64,000 nt of DNA from a virus, in the IMG/VR virus record IMGVR_UViG_3300037851_000102, positions 32,001 through 96,000 of that record; one strand, written 5' to 3'. A model generated the notes under the pieces. That model was not told where the DNA came from. It made no database searches and saw only the letters and a program-made list of their open reading frames with translations. The position numbers and the translations under genes are program-made. Positions 28,356-35,876 of the stretch are shown piece after piece; the first letter of the stretch is position 1; each line of letters begins with the position of its first letter.

Positions 28356-29338
28356 TGCCTAAGCTGTTTCTATCCACAACTGGAGCAGATGTCGTGATCC
28401 CCGAATTGGGGATCTCGATTATTCATCCAGCAACGGATTATGAAATAGACGCGCAATTCTCTGCGGAAGATCTTGCGCTTGCATCGAGCTTAACGACAGC
28501 AATCAATAATGGTTCACTTGTATGGAAGAAGACTGCGGGCGGTTCAGCACAGCCGCCAACAGATTACGATCCAGATTATTTGGAAGCAGAAGAACTCTCA
28601 GGCGGTTCAGGCAATCTGAATCAACAGCTTGTCAAATCTCTTGGGAGTTCAATTCTAAGCCTCAAGGCGCAAGTTCAGGCGACAGTGGCGGGGACATTGG
28701 TTCTCACACGCGGGACTTCGACAGTTTTGATTTTTACAGGCACGACAGCGGGTCAGATCATTCAGCTACCAGGTGCGACGACACTGGATAACGGCCATTA
28801 TTTTGAAGTTTGGAACGTCAGCACAGAATCAATCGTTGTTAAGAATGCAGGCGGCGGGACACTCTTCACGATAGGTCAGACATCGACGGCGTATATTAAA
28901 TTGCAAGACAACACGACATCGAATGGGTTGTGGGTGTACTGGCAGGTTTTCGTTTCAGCACTTGCAGCGGGAATTCTAAACTACACGCTCACTTCGGGCG
29001 TGAACTTCATAACAGCATCGACATCGGACACGATCATCACTGGATTTACAGTGACACCACAAGCGGGCTTGTATGCAGCGTGGTTCTCTTGTGATGTGAC
29101 GATTGCGACCAACAACAGGCTTATGGACTCGGTTCTTTACATTGGCGGAGTCGAGAACGCCAACACGCGAAGGACAGTCCAAGGGGTCTCTTCAAACTTT
29201 AGAGCAACATCATCAGTCATCGGTCTTGCCAACGTGAACGGATCGCAAGCGGTGGATGTATGGGTGAAGAGTTCGGGCGGTAACATCACCGTTGGTCAGC
29301 GTTCGCTCGTTCTAATTAGATTGGGGACAAACGTATGA
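28355..29338 (+). CDS. putative fibre/structural protein
   Basis: N-terminal domain paralogous to 26841..28355; Thr/Gly-rich beta repeats. Confidence 0.6.
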   Translation: MPKLFLSTTGADVVIPELGISIIHPATDYEIDAQFSAEDLALASSLTTAINNGSLVWKKTAGGSAQPPTDYDPDYLEAEELSGGSGNLNQQLVKSLGSSILSLKAQVQATVAGTLVLTRGTSTVLIFTGTTAGQIIQLPGATTLDNGHYFEVWNVSTESIVVKNAGGGTLFTIGQTSTAYIKLQDNTTSNGLWVYWQVFVSALAAGILNYTLTSGVNFITASTSDTIITGFTVTPQAGLYAAWFSCDVTIATNNRLMDSVLYIGGVENANTRRTVQGVSSNFRATSSVIGLANVNGSQAVDVWVKSSGGNITVGQRSLVLIRLGTNV

Positions 29339-30039
29339 TGGTATTTAATTTTACGAAATCACCGTGCAATCCTGCGCGATTAAAACTTGAGATCGAAGCA
29401 TCTTCAATCACAGTGGCACTTGCATCGGTCTCTCTATTGGGTGCAGATGCGTTGACCGTTTCTTTTAAGGCAGATCTTTCTGCGGGCGAAGAGACGACTC
29501 TTAACGGTCTTGTGACCGCACACACGGGCGAAGATCTTCCAGATGATTATGTGGCGACAGTACAGCTTGAAGCACTTCCAGAGCCAGAGCCCTTTGCAAA
29601 GCCGAGCTTTAGAACAAAGCGAAACAAGACGGCAGCGTGGCAGACGATCACCGAAGGTCAGACAGTGGATCTCGATTTTCTTTTGACAGAAGAGCGATAC
29701 GTTTCAGGTGGAGAGATCATTTACAAGGGAGCAAAAGAGGGCGACTACGTTAAAGCCTCAGTGATGGACGTATTCAATGGGGGAGTGATACCAGCACCAT
29801 ATCGTCCAGCCAACGTCGGCATTTGCGAGAATTGGCCCCTTGTGAATGAGTATATTAACGGCGAGTGGATTGTTCCGAACAACACGAATGAAGAGTACAA
29901 GAGCAAGATTATCAACACATATCCTTTGAACGCGAAGATCACTCCATATTTGGTTTTGCGAGTGACCTACACAGCATCGGCAGAAGCGGGTGAGAGACAC
30001 GTCGCCGTGAACTATCATCTCACGAAAAAATTGTTATGA
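29335..30039 (+). CDS. hypothetical protein, probably structural
   Basis: 234 aa, coupled to the fibre-like genes. Confidence 0.65.
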   Translation: MMVFNFTKSPCNPARLKLEIEASSITVALASVSLLGADALTVSFKADLSAGEETTLNGLVTAHTGEDLPDDYVATVQLEALPEPEPFAKPSFRTKRNKTAAWQTITEGQTVDLDFLLTEERYVSGGEIIYKGAKEGDYVKASVMDVFNGGVIPAPYRPANVGICENWPLVNEYINGEWIVPNNTNEEYKSKIINTYPLNAKITPYLVLRVTYTASAEAGERHVAVNYHLTKKLL

Positions 30040-30239
30040 TTATTTGTTGGCGTTTGGTCTCTCGAAACATCGGCGGATTCACAGTGGAGTTTTGGCCTGA
30101 AGATGATGAGAGCCAAAGACGCAAAGAGGATTTTGTTATTTTAGAAGAGCAGAGATTAAAGTTTAGATTCCAAAATGTTTTCAAGGCCAAAGAGATTCGC
30201 TTGAAAAAAGTGGAATCAAGGAAGAGCAGATGGGATTGA
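30036..30239 (+). CDS. hypothetical protein
   Basis: 67 aa, translationally coupled. Confidence 0.5.
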   Translation: MIICWRLVSRNIGGFTVEFWPEDDESQRRKEDFVILEEQRLKFRFQNVFKAKEIRLKKVESRKSRWD

Positions 30240-30787
30240 AGATTGGTTTTTCTAAATCGCGCAAGAAAGTTAAGTTGTTCAGTGATCTTATTATTTTTTG
30301 GGATCGCGTTCGCCACGGTTCAAATCTTCCGATTTCTCATTGCTATGGTCGTTTCACTTCTGCTTCTTGGGAGCGTGATTTTATTTATCAGGCTTCAGGC
30401 CACGCGACGAACTTCATGGGCGAGAAGAACTTTGCAAACAGGCATGAGGTGATTGAGGAGTACACGCTTTCAATTCCACGCGATGTCGTTGAGAGAATTG
30501 GACGAGTCTGCGTTGATCGTGAGGGCAAGCCCTATGCAATCAAGCAGACAATTGGCATTGCGATATCAGCAATTATTTGGATCATTACGTTTGGCAAAAT
30601 AGAAATTAAAAATCCATTTGCAGATGGCGACGCTGAAACAAACTGCATTGAAGAGTGGGGGAGAATTCTCGCACAGGAGCTTAATGTAGAGCCGCCACAG
30701 TATTTGGATGGAATTTCTGTAAAGCCATTCCGAGATTGGATTGCAGGCTTGCCGATGGCAAGATTGACAGATGTAAAGTTAGATTGA
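30230..30787 (+). CDS. permuted papain-like (YiiX/YebB, NlpC/P60) protein
   Basis: His before Cys order: ISHC ... GKPY ... NCIE. Confidence 0.6.
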   Translation: MGLKIGFSKSRKKVKLFSDLIIFWDRVRHGSNLPISHCYGRFTSASWERDFIYQASGHATNFMGEKNFANRHEVIEEYTLSIPRDVVERIGRVCVDREGKPYAIKQTIGIAISAIIWIITFGKIEIKNPFADGDAETNCIEEWGRILAQELNVEPPQYLDGISVKPFRDWIAGLPMARLTDVKLD

Positions 30788-30802
30788 AAGTTAGGTTGAT
30801 AG

Positions 30803-32275
30803 ATGATGAGTTCGGTTGAAGATGAAAGATTGAAGTTCATAGCGTATTCTGCGCTTGATGAAGAGACGCTTCTAAGGACGGATCTCGCCTATTTTGCGGA
30901 AGAGATTCTTAACATGGAGATCTCAGATCACCACAAGTCTTGGTCAAGGCTTGTAGCAAAACACAAAAAACTTGCAATCGAAGCACCTCGAGATCACGGG
31001 AAGAGCTTCATGTTCTCATTCGCTTATGCGATATGGAGAGCGTACTTCAATTGGATTCCAAGCTCGCTTGCGGTCTCTTCAGATTTCAAATCGATTCCAA
31101 GAGTGAGTATTGGTTACATATTCTCGAACACTCAAGATCAGTCCATCAAACTTCTCGAACTCGTAAAGAGAGAGATTGAAGATAATCCAAAGCTCGAACA
31201 CCTGATTCCAGCGGACAAAGACGTGTGGTCAAAGACAGAGATCAGGCTATCAAACGGAGCGGCCATTCGAGCAAGAGGTTGGGGTCAATCAGTACGGGGA
31301 GCCCATCCAGTTTGGATCGTGGCGGATGACTGTTTGAACGATGAAACGATTTATTCTGAACTCACACGAAACAAGCAGATTGATTACTTCTTCTCAGCGG
31401 TGACACCGATGCTTGTGCCAGGTGGACAGTTGATTGTTGTGGGCACTCCATTCCACAGAGAAGATCTTTATCAAAGGCTTTCAGAAAACCCTGCGTATCA
31501 CTTCCACAGAAGCCCTGCGCTTGATGCGGGCGGGGCACCACTATGGCCGACACGTTACACGAAAGAAATGCTCGTACAGCGAAAGCAAGAGGTTGGTTCG
31601 GTTCGATTCTCAAGAGAGTATTTGTGCCTTCCAATTTCTGACGAATCGTCTCTCTTCCCTGAAAAGATTCTCGAACAGTGTTATGAGCCAGAGTTTGAAA
31701 TGCCAACACAGGTCGAGCCAGAGTGGAGAAAAGAGCTTCGCATTTACACTGGAGTCGATTTCGCCATGTCTTCCACAGTTGGAGCCGATTACACGGTTCT
31801 CACAACGATTGGCGTGGACAAGTATCAGAATCGCTGGATTCTGGACATACGTCGTAAAAAGGGTCTTTCATTTGGCGAACAGCTTAGAGAGATCCAAGAT
31901 GTGGCAAGACAGTATAAGCCGCTTAAAATTCTGTGCGAGAACAACGGATTTCAAAAGATTTTCTCAGATACACTTGTCAGACACACGGATCTTCCAGTTG
32001 AGGGCTACACTACGACAGCCAGCAAAAAGAACAGTTTTGAAGAAGGAGTGCCATCTCTTCAGATTTTGTTTGAGAATTGTAAGTTCAAGATTCCGAGAAG
32101 GACTGCAAGATGTCGCGAGAAAACGGATATTCTCATAAACGAATTAAAATGCTTCACATGGGCGGAAGGCAAGCTGCAAGGGCTTGGAGCGCACGACGAC
32201 ACGGTGATGTCCTTGTGGATAGCAAATCAGGCGATATCTGCCCACGATTTCAGTTTCAGTTTTGTCGGCGATTAA
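30803..32275 (+). CDS. terL: terminase large subunit
   Basis: APRDHGKS Walker A, RGAHP..IVADD, VGTP, GVDFA, HDDTVMSLW nuclease motifs. Confidence 0.95.
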   Translation: MMSSVEDERLKFIAYSALDEETLLRTDLAYFAEEILNMEISDHHKSWSRLVAKHKKLAIEAPRDHGKSFMFSFAYAIWRAYFNWIPSSLAVSSDFKSIPRVSIGYIFSNTQDQSIKLLELVKREIEDNPKLEHLIPADKDVWSKTEIRLSNGAAIRARGWGQSVRGAHPVWIVADDCLNDETIYSELTRNKQIDYFFSAVTPMLVPGGQLIVVGTPFHREDLYQRLSENPAYHFHRSPALDAGGAPLWPTRYTKEMLVQRKQEVGSVRFSREYLCLPISDESSLFPEKILEQCYEPEFEMPTQVEPEWRKELRIYTGVDFAMSSTVGADYTVLTTIGVDKYQNRWILDIRRKKGLSFGEQLREIQDVARQYKPLKILCENNGFQKIFSDTLVRHTDLPVEGYTTTASKKNSFEEGVPSLQILFENCKFKIPRRTARCREKTDILINELKCFTWAEGKLQGLGAHDDTVMSLWIANQAISAHDFSFSFVGD

Positions 32276-32302
32276 GAGCCGAAGTAACCAAGGATAGTCA
32301 AT

Positions 32303-32491
32303 ATGTTCGTAATCAAAAGAGTGAATCTCTTTTTGTATCTGCGTGGAATTTCAGAATCAAATATCGAATGGACTCCCAAAATACGAGAGGCAATGCCATT
32401 CAAGACCTATGAGGCGGCTGAGAATTATATCGCCAAGTATGGTCTGGATGATGATGCAGAGGTGATGGTTGTCTTGGCGGAGGCCGCATGA
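32303..32491 (+). CDS. hypothetical protein
   Basis: 62 aa with a ribosome-binding site. Confidence 0.6.
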   Translation: MFVIKRVNLFLYLRGISESNIEWTPKIREAMPFKTYEAAENYIAKYGLDDDAEVMVVLAEAA

Positions 32492-32721
32492 TTGTTCAAA
32501 GTCTTATTTGCGTGATGTTCTTTTTCGTTGGTGGATGCGCTACAGATGGCAGGAAGCAGGCGGCACTGAGAGATAATCCAGGATGTGTGTGGGACGATGA
32601 GAACGAGGATCTTATCTGCCCGCTGCCTTGGGACTCGACAGGGGAGCTTGAGACCTTAAAGCCCGAAGAGATCGAAGAAATGATAAAGCCCAAGCCAAAG
32701 TCTAAGAAGAAGAAAAAGTGA
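32488..32721 (+). CDS. putative lipoprotein
   Basis: Hydrophobic N-terminus with a lipobox-like VGGC. Confidence 0.55.
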   Translation: MIVQSLICVMFFFVGGCATDGRKQAALRDNPGCVWDDENEDLICPLPWDSTGELETLKPEEIEEMIKPKPKSKKKKK

Positions 32722-32746
32722 TCCGAAGAGGGCGGCAGGAGACACT

Positions 32747-34393
32747 ATGCCGCTTTTCACAGGTGATGCGTACAAGCTGATTCGTAAAATTCCAGATGGC
32801 AAAATTCATTGCGTGGTCACAAGTCCGCCTTATTGGGGCTTGAGAAACTACGGCAACGATGCACAGATAGGGCTTGAGCCGAGTCCCGAATTATTCGTTC
32901 GCAAGTTTGTTTTACTCTTTAGGGAGATCAGAAGGACTTTGCGAAAGGATGGAACGATTTGGCTTAATATGGGTGATTCGTACTACGGATCGGGCAAAGG
33001 ATATGGTCACAATTGGGAGAACTCCCCAAAGCAGAAGACCAATGAGGGCTCGCTATTCTCTCAAGACATGAGGCCGCCTTCGCTCAATAAGCATCCATAT
33101 TTAAAATCAAAAGATCTGATTGGCATTCCTTGGAGAATCGCATTCGCGCTTCAGGAAGACGGCTGGTATTTGAGATCTGACATCGTGTGGGCGAAGACAA
33201 ACTCAATGCCCGAATCAGTCCTTGATCGACCTACGCGCTCGCATGAATACGTTTTTCTTCTTTCAAAGAGTCCCGATTATTATTTCAACCACAAGGCCAT
33301 TCAAGAGGATTGTGTTTCAAACGAGAGAGACAAGGCTCGAATGAAAAACCCTGAAGAGCGACCGAAGGACAAAAAATATCAAAGCATTGTGGATCCAAAG
33401 CTCGCAGGCACAGGCTCGAAGATCGGCAAGTTTAATTCCGTTGGCAATGGAGAGAAGCGAAACAAGAGAGACGTGTGGTCTCTTGCGACTTCGCAATTCA
33501 AGGGCTCCGCAGAAATCGTTGAATATCGGGCCGTTCGCCGCGATGAAGCCCAAGATGACACGCTATACATAGCGTCACCAAGTTGTTTAATCTATGGGGG
33601 TCTTTTTGACCTTCTTGCCACGGCTCTATGTGATGAACGTGAAGTTGACGATGTGATCCACAGGCTTGACATTGGTTCTCGTCTCTCTCAAGAGCCAAGG
33701 AGCGGTTTCGTTCATATTGACCAGCTCCGCGCTTGGAGCTTTGGTGGACGAAGTTTGGATTTGATTCTTTCTGAATGTTCTGCTTTTGCCAAGTTCCGTA
33801 ACAATGGAAGCCGCAAAACGGGCCTCTTTGTTTCGACCAGTCTTTCATGTAAGCCTTTCTCTGAAAGACTCTCTTGCATTGGGCGCATTTTAGAGAAACA
33901 CGGCTTGTCTGAGCGGAAGCTGAACAATCTCTTGAACAATACTTTGGAATCCGATTTTTACGAAGATCAGATGAAAGAAATTCTTTCGAGCAATTTTGGC
34001 AAACATATTTCAGTAAAGACATCGGGCGTGTTTTACAAAAAAACAATTAGAAACGCAAACCACTTCGCGACGATGCCTGAGAAGCTCGTAGAGCCGTGTA
34101 TTCTTGCAGGATGTCCGAGAGGGGGAATAGTGCTTGATCCGTTCGCTGGAGCGGCCACGGTTGGCGTAGTGGCTGAGAGGCTTGGTCGCAAGTTCATCGG
34201 CTTCGAGTTGAATCCAGAGTACGCGAAGATCGCGGAGAAGAGGCTTCAAGATGAGCGAGAAAAAGGGTTATTGGGAGCTAAGAAGAGACCTCGAGAAGAG
34301 GCTGTTCAAACATCTGGACGAGAAGCTGCCGTTGGAATTGAAGATGCAGTTGAAGGGATCGCAAATCAAAGAGATTTTGATGCTCATCTCTGA
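32747..34393 (+). CDS. N4-cytosine/N6-adenine DNA methyltransferase (beta class) with an in-frame insertion of about 183 aa
   Basis: VTSPPYW catalytic motif, W.K.N.MPESV.DR, HFATMPE, VLDPFAG SAM-binding motif. Confidence 0.9.
   Translation: MPLFTGDAYKLIRKIPDGKIHCVVTSPPYWGLRNYGNDAQIGLEPSPELFVRKFVLLFREIRRTLRKDGTIWLNMGDSYYGSGKGYGHNWENSPKQKTNEGSLFSQDMRPPSLNKHPYLKSKDLIGIPWRIAFALQEDGWYLRSDIVWAKTNSMPESVLDRPTRSHEYVFLLSKSPDYYFNHKAIQEDCVSNERDKARMKNPEERPKDKKYQSIVDPKLAGTGSKIGKFNSVGNGEKRNKRDVWSLATSQFKGSAEIVEYRAVRRDEAQDDTLYIASPSCLIYGGLFDLLATALCDEREVDDVIHRLDIGSRLSQEPRSGFVHIDQLRAWSFGGRSLDLILSECSAFAKFRNNGSRKTGLFVSTSLSCKPFSERLSCIGRILEKHGLSERKLNNLLNNTLESDFYEDQMKEILSSNFGKHISVKTSGVFYKKTIRNANHFATMPEKLVEPCILAGCPRGGIVLDPFAGAATVGVVAERLGRKFIGFELNPEYAKIAEKRLQDEREKGLLGAKKRPREEAVQTSGREAAVGIEDAVEGIANQRDFDAHL
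33498..34022 (-). CDS. HNH endonuclease with N-terminal zinc fingers, nested antisense in the methyltransferase gene
   Basis: ERDENQCQACG...LHVHHI...NLVTLCIACHLGLH; CxxC...CSxxC repeats. Confidence 0.88.
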   Translation of the reverse strand: MSLLKYVCQNCSKEFLSSDLRKNRIPKYCSRDCSASAQTSRVSLKCAQCKRVFQRKAYMKDWSKQRGPFCGFHCYGTWQKQNIQKESNPNFVHQSSKRGAGQYERNRSLALERDENQCQACGSHRQLHVHHIEPWQEGQKDPHRLNNLVTLCIACHLGLHRGERPDIQRFLRSP

Positions 34394-34529
34394 GTATGTT
34401 TATCAGGATACTAAACTAAAAGAGAAGGTGTCAGCGGCTCAAGATAAAAACTGGTCGAAGATCAGCGCCGTGCTGGACTCAAGCACAGAAGAACAGGACG
34501 AATTTCTCGCCGCGTTAAACAAATTGTAA
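34251..34529 (+). CDS. hypothetical protein with C-terminal tag
   Basis: Ends [10 protein letters not shown]; overlaps the methyltransferase tail. Confidence 0.7.
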   Translation: MSEKKGYWELRRDLEKRLFKHLDEKLPLELKMQLKGSQIKEILMLISEYVYQDTKLKEKVSAAQDKNWSKISAVLDSSTEEQDEFLAALNKL

Positions 34530-34572
34530 AATTTCTCTGGGCAAACTGGATCGCTTGTGTTTCAATTTCTCT

Positions 34573-34878
34573 ATGGTTGGCAAGGTTCTATGGTTTGACA
34601 TCAAAAAAGGTTTTGGATTCATCCGTTCTAATGGGGCGGACATATTCGTTCACTACTCAAAAATCGAGGCACCACTTGGTGAGTTTCGCGCTTTGACAGA
34701 AGGCGATTCAGTTGAGTTCGAGCTATTCGACGCGGATCGCGGAGATGGCAAGACCAAGCCCCAAGCCAAAAATGTAAAACTCATTGAAGGGGGGCAGCGC
34801 AATGCGATTCTACGAAAAGACCAAGATCACAATTTCAGAGGACACGACCAACGAGCCGAAACTGATTCGACTCTCTGA
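34573..34878 (+). CDS. cold-shock domain protein
   Basis: GKVLWF..KGFGFI, DIFVHYS, L.EGDSVEF, PQAKNV. Confidence 0.9.
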   Translation: MVGKVLWFDIKKGFGFIRSNGADIFVHYSKIEAPLGEFRALTEGDSVEFELFDADRGDGKTKPQAKNVKLIEGGQRNAILRKDQDHNFRGHDQRAETDSTL

Positions 34879-35158
34879 GGACATCGAAACGACAGATGTC
34901 ACTCTTTTAAAAGAGAGCATCTCCCGTCAAGAAACATTCCCAGTTGGCACTCACGCAATCTCTCTTGGCAACATTGCCCTTGGAAAATTTCTTTATTTAA
35001 AACCGAAGCAAGACATGGAGTTCTCGATCAACGGCTCTACGCCAGTCCTCAAAGCAAGAGGCGGCAAAGCCACAAAAATGTGGGTTGAAATCACATCTTT
35101 AAGCATCACAATCTCAACTGACCCACAAGAGGTGTTGGTTTTCTGCGCAGGAGAATAG
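34802..35158 (+). CDS. hypothetical protein
   Basis: ATG after GGGGG; beta-rich sequence. Confidence 0.65.
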   Translation: MRFYEKTKITISEDTTNEPKLIRLSEDIETTDVTLLKESISRQETFPVGTHAISLGNIALGKFLYLKPKQDMEFSINGSTPVLKARGGKATKMWVEITSLSITISTDPQEVLVFCAGE

Positions 35159-35159
35159 A

Positions 35160-35876
35160 ATGAATGCGCAGATCGTAAAGTGGATTAAAATCGTAGTTAT
35201 GAGAACGCTGCGGGAGAAAGGGCTCACGCGGCTTGATGTCTCCACTCTGATCTCCGCAGGAATGCTCGGTTACTCTCAGGCGCTAAGAAGGTTCGACAAG
35301 GATCGCGGTGTAAAATTCAAAACATTCGCAGAATATCGAATCAAGGGCGCAGTTCTCGATGAAGTTCGTAAAATGATTGGCGATGAACGCTGCAAGACCA
35401 AAAGACCACGAAAGGTCGATGATTTTGATTTTGATCTTATTGGCGATGATGGCAGGCAGTTCGAGTACGTCGAATCGGCCATGTCAATCCAAAGTTTCAT
35501 GGCAAGCGCGGCACTTGATGTCCGCGAAAAAGAGATTCTTGAATGCCGCTATGCTGGCATGAACCTTAGAGAAATATCTCAAAAATTTGGCTTCAGCGAA
35601 TCAAGGGCTTCTCAGCTTTTGGTGAAGATCAAAAAAGAGGTGTACGCTCATTACTCAAAAGAAATGAAACTTGATTTTGGCCTCGCCACTCATCAATGCC
35701 CGTCATGTCATGGGGATAATACGGTTTCGGATCGCGTGGATGGGTTCCGTTGCGACATTTGCGATGCGGATCTCAGGATCGTCGATGGTGTTCCGATATT
35801 GGCTGTGACAGACGACGGATTATCGGGAGAGGATATCGATGTTCAACGATTTGCAAAAATTGGCCTCAACGCTTGA
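35160..35876 (+). CDS. FliA/WhiG-like RNA polymerase sigma factor with a C-terminal zinc ribbon
   Basis: Region 2 RFDKDRGVKFKTFAEYRIKGAVLDEVRK; region 4 MNLREIS..FGFSESRASQ; CPSC...CDIC. Confidence 0.88.
   Translation: MNAQIVKWIKIVVMRTLREKGLTRLDVSTLISAGMLGYSQALRRFDKDRGVKFKTFAEYRIKGAVLDEVRKMIGDERCKTKRPRKVDDFDFDLIGDDGRQFEYVESAMSIQSFMASAALDVREKEILECRYAGMNLREISQKFGFSESRASQLLVKIKKEVYAHYSKEMKLDFGLATHQCPSCHGDNTVSDRVDGFRCDICDADLRIVDGVPILAVTDDGLSGEDIDVQRFAKIGLNA
35773..35799 (+). promoter_or_regulatory. candidate sigma-28-type promoter for the head gene cluster
   Basis: TCAGGATC-N11-TCCGATAT, 39 nt before the ATG at 35839. Confidence 0.5.

Noticed and set aside
33506-34054. Methyltransferase insertion as a canonical intein
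   Set aside because: No intein block motifs and no terminal His-Asn followed by Cys/Ser/Thr; the coding signal is on the opposite strand.
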